From: Deltaproteobacteria bacterium
GTDB lineage: Bacteria; Desulfobacterota; Desulfomonilia; UBA1062
Length of the DNA stretch: 64,000 bases
Direction: 5' to 3'
Assembly: GCA_029547045.1 (NCBI GenBank)
Contig: JAKPQL010000063.1
Span: 119,727 to 183,726 of the forward strand
The position numbers were made by a program, and so were the translations under genes. Of this stretch, positions 1 to 10,503 are shown one piece after another. Each line of letters opens with the position of its first letter. Positions within the stretch are counted from its first letter, which is position 1. The notes under the pieces were generated by a model. The model searched no databases and was not told the DNA's origin. It saw only the letters and a list, made by a program, of their open reading frames with translations.

Positions 1-1008
1 CAGGTACTTCTCCGCCTTCGCATGCTCAGGGCTCGTCTTCAGCCCCGGATAGGTGACCCACGAGACCTTTGCGTGCCCCTCCAGGTACTGCGCCACGGCC
101 AGTGCGTTCTCCGAGTGCCTGGGCATGCGCAGGTGGAGCGTCTCCAGGCCCTGCAGGAACAGGAAGGCATTGAACGGGCTGAGCGCGGGCCCCAGGTCGC
201 GGAGCAGCGTGACCCTAGCCTTGATGATGTAGGCCTGGGCGCCCAGGGTCTCGTGGAAGTTCAGGCCGTGGTAGCTGGCATCGGGATCCGTGATGAGGGG
301 GAATCTGCCACCCTCCCAGTCGAACCTGCCCGAGTCCACGATGACGCCGCCCAGAGAGGTGCCGTGGCCGCCGATGAATTTCGTTGCCGAGTACACCGCG
401 ATGTCAACGCCGTGGTCGAACGGCCTCAGGAGGTACGGGCTCACGGTGTTGTCAAGTACGAAGGGCACCCCGGCCCGGTGTGCGATGTCCGAGACCGCAT
501 CGAGGTCCGTGACGTCGAGCTTGGGGTTGCCGATGGACTCGGCATACACGGCCTTGGTCCTCGGGCCGATGGCCCTCTTCAGGGCATCGAGATCCGTTGA
601 GGGCACGAACCTCACCGTGACTCCCATGCGGCCGAGCGTGTGGCGGAACAGGTTGTAGGTGCCGCCGTAGAGGTTGTCCATGGACACGATCTCGTCGCCC
701 GCCCGTGCAATGTTCAGAAGCGCCAGGGTGATGGCAGACTGGCCGCTCGCCACGGCCAGGGCCCCGATGCCGCCGTCCATGAGGGCCATGCGCTTCTCGA
801 ACACGTCGGTGGTGGGGTTCATGAGCCGGGTGTAGATGTTGCCCGGCGCCTTCAGGGCGAAGAGGTCCGCCGCGTGCCCCGTGTCCCTGAACTGGAAGGA
901 CGTGGTCTGGTAGATGGGCACGGCCCTCGCCCCGGTGGCGGGGTCTGGCTCCTGGCCGCCGTGCAGGAGCAGGGTTTCCGTTCTCAACGATGTATCAAGT
1001 ATGCCCAT
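1..1008 (-). CDS. metY: O-acetylhomoserine aminocarboxypropyltransferase (sulfhydrylase), PLP-dependent; 3' end outside window
   Basis: Manual reverse-complement translation gives [80 protein letters not shown]..., the classic MetY/CysD N-terminus. RBS AAGGAGG precedes the ATG at 1008. The ORF track lacks it because it runs off the window. Confidence 0.8.
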   Translation of the reverse strand, partial: MGILDTSLRTETLLLHGGQEPDPATGARAVPIYQTTSFQFRDTGHAADLFALKAPGNIYTRLMNPTTDVFEKRMALMDGGIGALAVASGQSAITLALLNIARAGDEIVSMDNLYGGTYNLFRHTLGRMGVTVRFVPSTDLDALKRAIGPRTKAVYAESIGNPKLDVTDLDAVSDIAHRAGVPFVLDNTVSPYLLRPFDHGVDIAVYSATKFIGGHGTSLGGVIVDSGRFDWEGGRFPLITDPDASYHGLNFHETLGAQAYIIKARVTLLRDLGPALSPFNAFLFLQGLETLHLRMPRHSENALAVAQYLEGHAKVSWVTYPGLKTSPEHAKAEKYL

Positions 1009-1053
1009 ATCAACCTCCTTATGTGCAGTTCGCTCCAAGCGTTATACGTTGCA

Positions 1054-1962
<909 letters not shown>

Positions 1963-1971
1963 GCCCGCTCC

Positions 1972-2418
1972 TCAGATGTGGTACATCCCGGCCGCTGCGC
2001 CCTTTTCCCTGCTCTTCCCGGCCAGGTCCTCGAGGGTAATCGAGTCCAGCGTCTCGGATATCTTCCCGCTCAGCGCAGACCAGAGGTCCCTGCTCGTACA
2101 GGTACCCGAGCGCGGGCACACATCCGGGTTCTTCACGCAGTCCACCAGGCAGGTTCCTCCCTCCAGGACGTCCACGATCTCCCTGAGCGTGATTTGCGAT
2201 GGATTCCTGGCAAGGGAGTAGCCGCCGTGGGCCCCGCGGGTTGAGGTCACCAGGCCCGCCGCCTTCAGGGGGATCATGATGAGGCTCAGATACTTTTCCG
2301 AGATCCCCTCCTGACCGGCAATGTCCTTGAGAAAGACCTGGCCCTTCCCGCCCTGGTGAGCAATGGCAAGGTCCAGCATGAGTCTGACCCCGTACCGTGA
2401 CCGCGTAGACAGCTTCAT
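1972..2418 (-). CDS. Rrf2-family transcriptional regulator with Fe-S ligand cysteines
   Basis: 148 aa with an N-terminal wHTH (RYGVRLMLDLA) and C-x5-C-x5-C in CLVDCVKNPDVCPRSGTC, typical of IscR/NsrR-type Rrf2 proteins. It is 9 nt upstream of nadA, so probably co-transcribed. Confidence 0.85.
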   Translation of the reverse strand: MKLSTRSRYGVRLMLDLAIAHQGGKGQVFLKDIAGQEGISEKYLSLIMIPLKAAGLVTSTRGAHGGYSLARNPSQITLREIVDVLEGGTCLVDCVKNPDVCPRSGTCTSRDLWSALSGKISETLDSITLEDLAGKSREKGAAAGMYHI

Positions 2419-2526
2419 GGATAATACCTTTCTTTATCTATTGATTAACTAGTATTTAGACGCAAAGACGTTCCCTGTCAAACCATTTCTGCGACCGCGG
2501 TCATGCGTGTCAGGGTGGGCTGTGCG

Positions 2527-2730
2527 CTACAGCTTCATTCTCAGTTCGATGATACAGGAATCACCGGGCGAGGAATATTTCTCCACATCAACGCCGAGAT
2601 CCCTCATGGTGAGGCCCGACGTCACTGCCATCTTCTCGATGTCCCGCAGACACTGGGTGACGAGGCTGGAGACCCTGGTTTTCGCGGCTTCCACGTTGTT
2701 GTGTGTGGTTTGTAGTGTACCTGTATCCAT
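2527..2730 (-). CDS. hypothetical small protein (67 aa)
   Basis: Codon usage is coding-like, but GC is lower than the neighbourhood and no recognisable domain. Confidence 0.3.
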   Translation of the reverse strand: MDTGTLQTTHNNVEAAKTRVSSLVTQCLRDIEKMAVTSGLTMRDLGVDVEKYSSPGDSCIIELRMKL

Positions 2731-3058
2731 AACTACACCCCCTCACTTGACAGTATGTACCCTCACCCCTGCTGAAACAATATCCATGCCAGGGGGCATG
2801 TTCTAACAATTTCAAGAGGGTAGGGATCTGTCAGGCATGCACCCGGACGAAAAACGTACATCCTCGCGCAAGAAACGTTCACCGGGCAGCCATGCCCAGC
2901 GGCATCACGGGATCCTGGCTGGGATGAGGGGTCATAAGGTCAGCCACGTCGGGGGCCTTGCCGCGACTGCGGGAGAATCCCCTTGAACAATAGCTCCAAA
3001 CCTGGGAATATGAAGACCAGCACGAGAAGCGTCATGCAAAGAGGGAGGAGCATCCCCC

Positions 3059-3391
3059 ATGAAACCACTGTTCGCACGCTGGATCCTGCCGGTATTCCTC
3101 ACCCTGGCCCTGGCCGCATGCAGCAGCATCATGCCAGCGACAAAGATCGACACCATCCTGACGAACCCCAGGGAATACGCAGACAAGACCGTCACGGTCT
3201 CCGGGACCGTGGAAGACACCTTCAGCCTGGTGGTGATCAAGTACTTCGTGCTCAGGGATGAAACCGGAACGATACCGGTCATCACCCAGAGGACCATGCC
3301 TGCCCGGGGCAACGAGATCCGGGTGACGGGCACGGTGCAGGACGCCTTTTCCCTGGGCGACCAGCACCTGGTGGTGCTCCTGGAAAAGTAG
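3059..3391 (+). CDS. small OB-fold lipoprotein (BOF/YgiW-like)
   Basis: Signal peptide plus lipobox LALAAC, about 110 aa, beta-rich. RBS GAGGGAGGAG lies upstream. Confidence 0.55.
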   Translation: MKPLFARWILPVFLTLALAACSSIMPATKIDTILTNPREYADKTVTVSGTVEDTFSLVVIKYFVLRDETGTIPVITQRTMPARGNEIRVTGTVQDAFSLGDQHLVVLLEK

Positions 3392-3461
3392 TACTCTCAG
3401 CGCCTGCACCAGAGTCGGCACGGGTGCTCCCCGCAGCACCTGCACCCGGGGATCACCGCTC

Positions 3462-4151
3462 TCAGAATTCCTCGAAATCCTCTACGCCGCCTGAGGATGT
3501 CGAACCTCTCCCAGGGGCCGGCACCGGCTGTTGCATCCCTGCACTGACTTTCTTTCCCACAGATACCTGCGTCTCCTGTCTCACGGTAAACCGCGAGACC
3601 GTCCTGGCCAGGTCCTGTGCCTCGCTGCTCAGGCTGTCCGAGGTGCTGGCGAGCTCCTCCACGGTGGAGGCGTTCTGCTGGGTGGTGGTGTCGATCTGGG
3701 CGATGGCCCGGTTCAGCTCGTCCACCCCGGTCGCCTGCTCGCTGGATGCGGCCGCGATCTCCTCCATGACTTGGGAGAGGTCCTGGATGTGCCGGATGAT
3801 CTGCTCCAGGGACTCCCCGGACTTCTTCACCATGGCGTCGCCCGCGGCGATCTTGTTCACCGTGTCCTCGATGAGGGCCTTGATCTGGCGCGATGCCTCT
3901 GCGGAGCGCTGGGCCAGGGCCCGGACCTCCTCGGCCACCACGGCGAAGCCCTTGCCGTGCTCACCTGCGCGGGCCGCCTCCACCAGGTAGTCAATGCTGG
4001 GGAGACGCACCCCGAATATGGTGTCCACATTCTTCTTGATCCCGAGCATGGAAAAGTAGCCTATGCCCCCGATCACTACCATGAACACGATCATGATGAT
4101 GAACCCGCCCGTCAGTTTCGTCCGTATCTTCACGTCTATAATCCCTGCCAT
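3462..4151 (-). CDS. methyl-accepting chemotaxis protein remnant (TM helix fused to only the C-terminal half of the MCP signalling domain)
   Basis: EAARAGEHGKGFAVVAEEVRALAQRS is the MCP signalling hairpin core. No HAMP, methylation helix 1 or ligand-binding domain is present, and the total length is only 229 aa. Confidence 0.75.
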   Translation of the reverse strand: MAGIIDVKIRTKLTGGFIIMIVFMVVIGGIGYFSMLGIKKNVDTIFGVRLPSIDYLVEAARAGEHGKGFAVVAEEVRALAQRSAEASRQIKALIEDTVNKIAAGDAMVKKSGESLEQIIRHIQDLSQVMEEIAAASSEQATGVDELNRAIAQIDTTTQQNASTVEELASTSDSLSSEAQDLARTVSRFTVRQETQVSVGKKVSAGMQQPVPAPGRGSTSSGGVEDFEEF

Positions 4152-4483
4152 ACAATTATGCCCTCCCCAGTCCGTGTGGGTTCCATTCCGAGGTGCGGAG
4201 CCCGCCCTCGATGTTCTTCATCATCGGCATGAGGTCCGTCACGATCGTCAGCGTTCCCGGGAGATTCTCCCGGCGCAGGGAGTAACCTCGCACAATAAAA
4301 ATAATTACGAACTGGACCGTTTAAGAAAAGGGCAGGGACTTTTCCACCCCGCAACGGGTTTCACTACCGTTTCAGTAGTATTCCATTGCACGACAGTCCT
4401 CTCCGCTGTATAGTGCGTCCCTGTCCATGGCCATCAAGCACCGCGGCAGTGTCCGCCATGATAGGCAGGAGGAGGGTGACATC

Positions 4484-4921
4484 ATGAAGGGAAGCGTCGT
4501 TTCCGTCAACATCAGCTCTGACAAGGGACAGAAGAAGCACGGTATCGGTGCGGGTCTCCTCATCGTGAATCACGGCCTGGCTCATGACGCCCACGCAGGC
4601 ATGGAGACCCGGCAGGTGAGCCTCCTGGCCAGGGAGAGCATCGAAAAGATCCGCGCCAAGGGCCTCGACGTGAAGCCCGGCGATTTTGCGGAGAACCTCA
4701 CCACCACAGGCATCATCCTCCACGAGCTGCCCCTTGGCACCCGGTTCAGGGTGGGAGAGGCCGTGATCCTGGAGCTCACCCAGATCGGCAAGGTCTGCCA
4801 CGACCGATGCGCCATCTTCAGACAGGTGGGCGACTGCGTCATGCCCCGCGAGGGGGTCTTCGCCAGGGTCATTTCTGGAGGCGATGTGAAGGCGGGGGAC
4901 ACGATCCGGGTTGTGCAGTGA
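4484..4921 (+). CDS. MOSC-domain protein
   Basis: MKGSVVSVNIS...GDTIRV matches the MOSC beta-barrel family. RBS AGGAGGAGGG lies 5 nt upstream. The track ORF starts earlier at 4427, but that start lacks an RBS. Confidence 0.8.
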   Translation: MKGSVVSVNISSDKGQKKHGIGAGLLIVNHGLAHDAHAGMETRQVSLLARESIEKIRAKGLDVKPGDFAENLTTTGIILHELPLGTRFRVGEAVILELTQIGKVCHDRCAIFRQVGDCVMPREGVFARVISGGDVKAGDTIRVVQ

Positions 4922-5051
4922 ACCCTGCTGTTCAAGGGAAAATGGGCTTGCTTCTTCGTTTATCACCCATCATAATATCCAAGAAAGAGGTCATTGCATC
5001 ATGTGTCTGCATCCCTGTTTCCATCGACACTTCGCATTGAGGGAGGGAATC

Positions 5052-5735
5052 ATGAAGAAGGTCCTGGCGTTCTCCATCATTCTTCTGTTCATCATCGCCC
5101 AGTCCGCCTACGCCCAGTGGGGCTCGGGTCAGAAGGGCCCCAAGATCCGCGGCGACTTCAAGCCCGTGGTGGGCGCCTGGTCCGAGTACCAGGTCAAGGC
5201 GCCGGGCACGGCACCCTACAAGATGAAGATGGCCATCGTGGGCAAGGAGGGCAATTCCTTCTGGTACGAGACCGTCACCGACGGGCCAAGCGGCCGCGGC
5301 ATCATGAAGATGCTCGTGTCCGGCGACCCGAATGACCAGAAGAGCGTCAAGCGCATGATCATGAAGCAGGGCAAGGAGCCTGCCATCGAAATGCCGGTCA
5401 TGGGGGGACAACAGCAGGCCGGCGCCCAGGAACCCAAGGGCAAAATGGTGGACAAGGGCATGGAAAAGGTCACGGTCCCTGCCGGCACCTTTACGGCCAG
5501 GCACTACCAGTACATCTTCGAGAAGGACGTCATGGACTCGTGGATCGCGGAAAAGGTCTCCCCCTACGGTCTGGTCAAGTCAAAGGGCAAGGACTTCGAG
5601 ATGCAGCTCACCGGGTACGGCACGGGCGCCAAGACCGGCATCACCGAAACGCCCCAGAAGTTCCAGATGCCCAAAATGCCCGCAGGCATGCCCAAGGGCA
5701 TGATGCCCCCGGGCATGGACATGCCCGAGGAGTAA
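5052..5735 (+). CDS. secreted protein with a Met-rich C-terminal tail (possible periplasmic Cu/metal-binding)
   Basis: Sec signal MKKVLAFSIILLFIIAQSAYA. The C-terminus is MPKMPAGMPKGMMPPGMDMPEE, an MxxM-type motif. RBS GGGAGGGAAT lies upstream. Confidence 0.6.
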   Translation: MKKVLAFSIILLFIIAQSAYAQWGSGQKGPKIRGDFKPVVGAWSEYQVKAPGTAPYKMKMAIVGKEGNSFWYETVTDGPSGRGIMKMLVSGDPNDQKSVKRMIMKQGKEPAIEMPVMGGQQQAGAQEPKGKMVDKGMEKVTVPAGTFTARHYQYIFEKDVMDSWIAEKVSPYGLVKSKGKDFEMQLTGYGTGAKTGITETPQKFQMPKMPAGMPKGMMPPGMDMPEE

Positions 5736-5801
5736 CTCTTGTCCTCCGGCACAGGGGGGCCATGGCCCCTCTGCCTGGCCTGCATCGAGCCCAGGGGTTG
5801 C

Positions 5802-6974
5802 ATGATGAAGAAGGCGGCTCCCCTCATCCTGGCCCTCGCGGCCATGCTCTCGTTGTACCTGGCGTCCTGCCGGGATACCGATGAGGTTTCCGCCCCCGGC
5901 CAGACGCCCCTTGTCGGCAAGGCAGCGGCTTCCCCGCAGGCTCCGGACGTGGTGCGGCTGAAGAAGTTCAGCTACGTGGACAGCACGGGCATGGGCTGCG
6001 AGGCCTTCAGCCTCCTCACCCCTGTCGGGTGGGAGTTCTCGGGCGGCATCGACTGGGTGTTCGACAACCCGGGCATGCCCGCTACGGCCCGCTTCAGGGT
6101 GAAGAACCCTGCAGGCTCCGAAGAGCTCGAGGTCTTCCCCAACCAGGCCATGTTCTGGACCGACAACCAGATGCTGCTCGCCACCTTCCCCGTGGGGTCA
6201 AGGTACTTCGGGGCCGAGGTGCGTCCCGTGCTCGGGCCGCAAGAGGCCCTCGCCTCCGTCGTGATCCCCCGTTTCCGGGGCAAGGCCCGGGGGCTCGCCG
6301 TGGTGGGCTCGGAGCACCTGCCCGAACTGGCAAAGGCATTGCATGCCGGCGCCCCCCAGCCCGGGGTGCGGGCCTTCGGCGATGCGGCCAAGGTGCGCAT
6401 CGAGTACAGTCTGGGCGGCATTCCCATGGAGGAGGAGATCTTCGCCGTGGTGGAGGGGTTCTCGTTCTCCATGCAGGGCATGCAGGGAATCATCACGAAC
6501 ACCAACTGGTACGTGGACTACATCTTCTCCTTCAAGGCCGAAAAGGGCGGCCTCCACAGGGCGGCCCCGCAGTTCCAGGCCATGATCAACTCCTTCCGGG
6601 TGAACCCGCAGTGGTTCAGCAGGTACAACCAGCTCGTGGAGGCCCTCATCCAGGCCCAGATCCGGCAGATCCGGTCCATCGGCGAGCTGAGCCGTTACAT
6701 AAGCCGGACCAGCAGCGAGATCAGCGATTCCATGATGCAGTCCTACAACGAGCGCCAGAAGGTCTACGACCGCATCGGCGAGAAGGTGAGCGAGTCCATC
6801 CGGGGCACCGAGCGCTACGTGAACCCCCTGGAGGGCTCAGAGGTGGAGCTGCCGGGCGGCTATAGTCACGTGTGGACGAATCCCCTGGGAGAATACCTCC
6901 TCACGGACAGCCCGTCCTACAACCCCAACGAGGAATCGAACGGGAACTGGCAGGAGATCCAGAGAAAACCGTAA
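5802..6974 (+). CDS. lipoprotein, function unknown
   Basis: MMKKAAPLILALAAMLSLYLASC has a lipobox. 390 aa with no recognisable domain. Confidence 0.6.
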   Translation: MMKKAAPLILALAAMLSLYLASCRDTDEVSAPGQTPLVGKAAASPQAPDVVRLKKFSYVDSTGMGCEAFSLLTPVGWEFSGGIDWVFDNPGMPATARFRVKNPAGSEELEVFPNQAMFWTDNQMLLATFPVGSRYFGAEVRPVLGPQEALASVVIPRFRGKARGLAVVGSEHLPELAKALHAGAPQPGVRAFGDAAKVRIEYSLGGIPMEEEIFAVVEGFSFSMQGMQGIITNTNWYVDYIFSFKAEKGGLHRAAPQFQAMINSFRVNPQWFSRYNQLVEALIQAQIRQIRSIGELSRYISRTSSEISDSMMQSYNERQKVYDRIGEKVSESIRGTERYVNPLEGSEVELPGGYSHVWTNPLGEYLLTDSPSYNPNEESNGNWQEIQRKP

Positions 6975-6986
6975 AGGAGGCAGATC

Positions 6987-7439
6987 ATGGAATCGGCCGA
7001 CATGAAGCAGGGCCTGATACGGGCACTCATCACCCTGGGCGTGCTCCTCATCCTCCTCGGACTCGTCACGGGACTCCTGGTCCCTGAACTGGCAAACCCG
7101 AGGATGGCCCTTGCGAGCCACATGGAGGGCGTGATGAGCGGCATGCTGCTCGTGGTCATGGGCCTCATCTGGCACAGGCTGAACCTGGGCAGCGGCTTCA
7201 TGAGGGCGGCCGCCGGGCTCCTGGCCTACGGCGCCCTTGCCAACTGGCTCAATCCCCTGCTCGGCGCCGTCTGGGCCGCGGGCTCGTCTGTGATGCCCAT
7301 GGCCGGGATGGGCCACCGGGGAACCCCCGCACAGGAGGCCATCATCGGCTTTCTGGCCGTGACCCTGGCGCTGTCACTGCTCGCGGGCATGGGCCTGGTG
7401 CTCAGCGGCCTGTTACGAAAGGGCCCGGGGGCTGCCTGA
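6987..7439 (+). CDS. small integral membrane protein (4 TM)
   Basis: Four hydrophobic helices. RBS AGGAGG upstream. It ends 1 nt before the next gene. Confidence 0.55.
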   Translation: MESADMKQGLIRALITLGVLLILLGLVTGLLVPELANPRMALASHMEGVMSGMLLVVMGLIWHRLNLGSGFMRAAAGLLAYGALANWLNPLLGAVWAAGSSVMPMAGMGHRGTPAQEAIIGFLAVTLALSLLAGMGLVLSGLLRKGPGAA

Positions 7440-7440
7440 C

Positions 7441-9315
7441 ATGAACCCGGACCTGAAGGTGCTCGTCGTGGACGCGTGTTCAGGCTTCTACCGCATGGAG
7501 CGCTACCGCGTCGGCGACTTCTTCGGTCCCGTTGACCTGGGGCTCCACCTGGCCGGGAGATACAACAGCCTCAACATCGGGGTGGGGCTGCTCGCAGGCT
7601 CCATCCTCCCCGGGTCCAACCGGCTCGTCATCACGGGCTTCTCCCCGTGCTGGGGCGGCTTCTTCGTCTCCACCATGGGGGGCGCTGGCATCGTCTTCGA
7701 CAACCTGGGCATCAACCTCCTCTGTATCAGGGGAACTGCGCCGCGGACCGCCATCCTCCGCCTCAACCGGTCCCATGCCGAGGAGGTAGACGTGCGGCTC
7801 GCGGCCGTAAACCTGGACGCGGCGTGGGAGGCCGGCCGGGGCGGCGTCTACGGCCTCATGGACCACGCCCTGGAACGCTACGGTGCGGACTACCGGGAGG
7901 CACCGCGCATCCTGGCCACCGGCCCCGCGGCCCTGGCCACCGACTTCGGGGCCCTGGTGTCCGCGCCGGTGGAGAATGGAAAGGTCTCTTTCGTGGACAC
8001 CTGGGCGGGCCGGGGCGGGTTCGGATCCAAGTTGCTCCGGGAACACGGTATAGCTGCCGTCGTCTACGGCGGCACCTATATCGACGAGGACTTCAAAGAC
8101 CGCAGGGTGGCGGACACGTGGTTCGAGGACAGGTACAGGAAGCGGCTTGCCGCCAAGGACCTCGAGGCCACCACCAAGTACCGGTTCGACCCGGCCTTCA
8201 ACACGGGCGGCACCCTGGGCGTGAACTTCGCGGGCGCGGGCGGCAGCCTGCTGGCCTTCAACTACCGGAGCATCTACCTGGAAGAAGGCCGGCGCCTCGA
8301 CATGCACCAGCGGTTCATCCTGGACCACTACCTGAGACAGTTCAACGAGGAGACCATCGCCCCGAAACATCAGCATACCTGCGGCGAGCCGTGCGCGGCC
8401 GTGTGCAAGAAGATGCGCGGGGAGTACAAGAAGGACTTCGAGCCCTACCAGGCCATGGGCCCCCTGTGCGGGGTCTTTGACCAGCGTGCAGCCGAGCTGC
8501 TCACCCACCACGCCGACCGCTGCGGCTTCGACGCCATCTCGGCGGGCGGGGTGCTCGCATGGCTCATGGAGTGCCTTGCAGAGGGCCTCCTTGACCCGGG
8601 GGACCTCGGTGTTACGCAGAGGCCGGCATTCTCGCCGGACGGCTTCGGTGTCGAGACCGACTCCATGCACAACGCCAGCATAGGCACGGCGCTGCTTGAC
8701 GCCATCATCAAGAGAGAGGGCATCCTCGACCTCGCCGAGGGCGCGCGCAGGCTCTGCCGCAGGATCTCCCGGGACAGGGGCAGGGGTGTGCTCGACTGCT
8801 TCCTGTACACGGCCTTTGCCCGCAAGGGCTGGATGGTGCCCAACCAGTACTGGACCCCGGGCGTGCTCTCTCCCATGGCCGTCATGGGCAAGTACTACAT
8901 GCACTACGGGAAGGAGTTCGTCCCGCCCCGCGAGCTCGGCAGAAAAAATGCCGAGCGGTTCGTCCACGAGCTCCTCATGGACAACTTGGGTTTCTGCCGG
9001 TTCCACCGCGCCTGGGCCGAGGAGATGATCCCCGAGATCATGGGGTCGCTCTTCGGCATGAAGGACGCCTGCGTGAAGAACGCCGCCATGACTGCGGGGC
9101 GCATCAACAGCAGGAACGCCTCGGTGTTCTGGGAGGGCTCCCGCGCCCTGGACTTCATCCGCACCTTTCTGGAGCGCGCCAGGGAGGCGGGCGGCTCGAA
9201 GGACCCGGAACTCGCGAAGTGGATCGACTTCTTCGACCGCGACCCATGGGAGGCGGGCCTCACCTTCTGGTACGAGGTCCACAAGGGCATCCAGGAGTCG
9301 CTGCGGGAGTTCTGA
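7441..9315 (+). CDS. aldehyde:ferredoxin oxidoreductase (tungsten/molybdopterin AOR) family protein, divergent
   Basis: The N-terminal domain matches the AOR N-domain (RLVITGFSPCWGGFFVSTMGGAGIVFDNLGINLLCIRGTAP aligns with the SPLTGG...GG.fG..LK.AGyD motif). A CGEPCAAVC cysteine cluster is present. 624 aa. Confidence 0.65.
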   Translation: MNPDLKVLVVDACSGFYRMERYRVGDFFGPVDLGLHLAGRYNSLNIGVGLLAGSILPGSNRLVITGFSPCWGGFFVSTMGGAGIVFDNLGINLLCIRGTAPRTAILRLNRSHAEEVDVRLAAVNLDAAWEAGRGGVYGLMDHALERYGADYREAPRILATGPAALATDFGALVSAPVENGKVSFVDTWAGRGGFGSKLLREHGIAAVVYGGTYIDEDFKDRRVADTWFEDRYRKRLAAKDLEATTKYRFDPAFNTGGTLGVNFAGAGGSLLAFNYRSIYLEEGRRLDMHQRFILDHYLRQFNEETIAPKHQHTCGEPCAAVCKKMRGEYKKDFEPYQAMGPLCGVFDQRAAELLTHHADRCGFDAISAGGVLAWLMECLAEGLLDPGDLGVTQRPAFSPDGFGVETDSMHNASIGTALLDAIIKREGILDLAEGARRLCRRISRDRGRGVLDCFLYTAFARKGWMVPNQYWTPGVLSPMAVMGKYYMHYGKEFVPPRELGRKNAERFVHELLMDNLGFCRFHRAWAEEMIPEIMGSLFGMKDACVKNAAMTAGRINSRNASVFWEGSRALDFIRTFLERAREAGGSKDPELAKWIDFFDRDPWEAGLTFWYEVHKGIQESLREF

Positions 9316-9542
9316 GGCCACCCTGTCACGGCCCTTTTCTCTCCCATTGTCATCCGGGCATCTGCGGCTCATGTAAAAAAACTGCAAAGCCAGGCAGTTG
9401 CAACCTCTTACCGATTGCATTTGCCCGTCAATGCACCTACAATCCTGCACCGGGCCCTGAGCTCATCAGCAGGGAGAAGAAGGGTTCCTGCCGATGAGCG
9501 TCTGGCCCGCGATGAATCGCACCGAATGAGAGGTTTCGCACA

Positions 9543-10442
9543 ATGCTGACATTCCTTCCACCCACAGCGCGGGGCGTCATATCCATATCCCTCATGTTCC
9601 TGAACACCCTCTTCTGGGCTATCCCCTTCCACATCCTGGCCCTGACCAAGGTGCTCAGCAGGAACGAGGCCTGGCACCGGGCCTGCGCCCGGATCACCAT
9701 GGCGGCCGGCAACATCTGGATCCGGGGACAGAACGGCATCCTCCGGCTCACCCAGCCCACGGTCTACGAGGTCCACGGACTCGAGGGGCTCAGCAGGAAG
9801 GAGTGGTACTTCGTCAACTGCAACCACCAGTCCTGGGCAGACATCCTGGTGCTCTTCTACGCCTTCACCGGGCACATCCCGTTCTTCAAGTTCTTCCTCA
9901 AGAAAGAGCTCTTCTGGGTGCCGCTCCTGGGCATCTCGTGGTGGGCCCTGGACTTCCCCTTCATGCAGCGATTCTCCAAGAGCTTCCTGGAGAAGAACCC
10001 CCACATGAAGGGCAAGGACATGGAGACCACGAGAAAGGCCTGCGAGCGCTACCGCCACACCCCGGTGTCCATCCTCAACTTCCTGGAGGGGACCCGGTTC
10101 ACGCCGGACAAGCACGCGAAGCAGGGCTCGCCCTACCGCCACCTCCTCAAGCCCAAGGCGGGCGGCTTCGCCTTTGCTTTAGCCGCCATGGACGGCAGGA
10201 TCTCCACCATCCTGGACGTGACCATCATCTACTCCGACAAGGGGCTGTCCTTCTGGGACTTCCTCTGCGGCCGTGTCGGGAAGATCACCGTGATGGCCAG
10301 GAAACTGCCCGTTGCCGTGGATGCGCTCACCGGAGACTATCAGAACGACGAGGCGTTCAGGGACCGGGTCCAGACCTGGGTCTGTGACCTCTGGCAGGAC
10401 AAGGACGAGATCATCGAATCGCACTGCAACACCCGGCAGTGA
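9543..10442 (+). CDS. YihG-like (PlsC-superfamily) lysophospholipid acyltransferase
   Basis: N-terminal TM, HX4D motif NHQSWADI, EGTRF motif, 299 aa. Confidence 0.8.
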   Translation: MLTFLPPTARGVISISLMFLNTLFWAIPFHILALTKVLSRNEAWHRACARITMAAGNIWIRGQNGILRLTQPTVYEVHGLEGLSRKEWYFVNCNHQSWADILVLFYAFTGHIPFFKFFLKKELFWVPLLGISWWALDFPFMQRFSKSFLEKNPHMKGKDMETTRKACERYRHTPVSILNFLEGTRFTPDKHAKQGSPYRHLLKPKAGGFAFALAAMDGRISTILDVTIIYSDKGLSFWDFLCGRVGKITVMARKLPVAVDALTGDYQNDEAFRDRVQTWVCDLWQDKDEIIESHCNTRQ

Positions 10443-10503
10443 CGGCATCGGCCCCCCTGTACAGAGAGCCGTGCGCCGTGATACCCTGTCCGCGTAAGGG
10501 GAT

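Noticed and set aside
2731-2800. sigma-54-like TGGCAT-N5-TTGTT upstream of the 67-aa ORF
   Set aside because: The -12 element has GT instead of the near-invariant GC.
4922-5051. sigma-54 -24/-12 element upstream of the Met-rich secreted protein gene (GGGAAAATGGGCTTGC)
   Set aside because: GG/GC spacing is off by one and the -24 region lacks TGGCA.
7480-9450. 656-aa minus-strand ORF opposite the AOR-family gene
   Set aside because: Arg/Gly/Pro/Ala-rich low-complexity translation typical of antisense ORFs in high-GC DNA. The plus-strand gene has recognisable domains.
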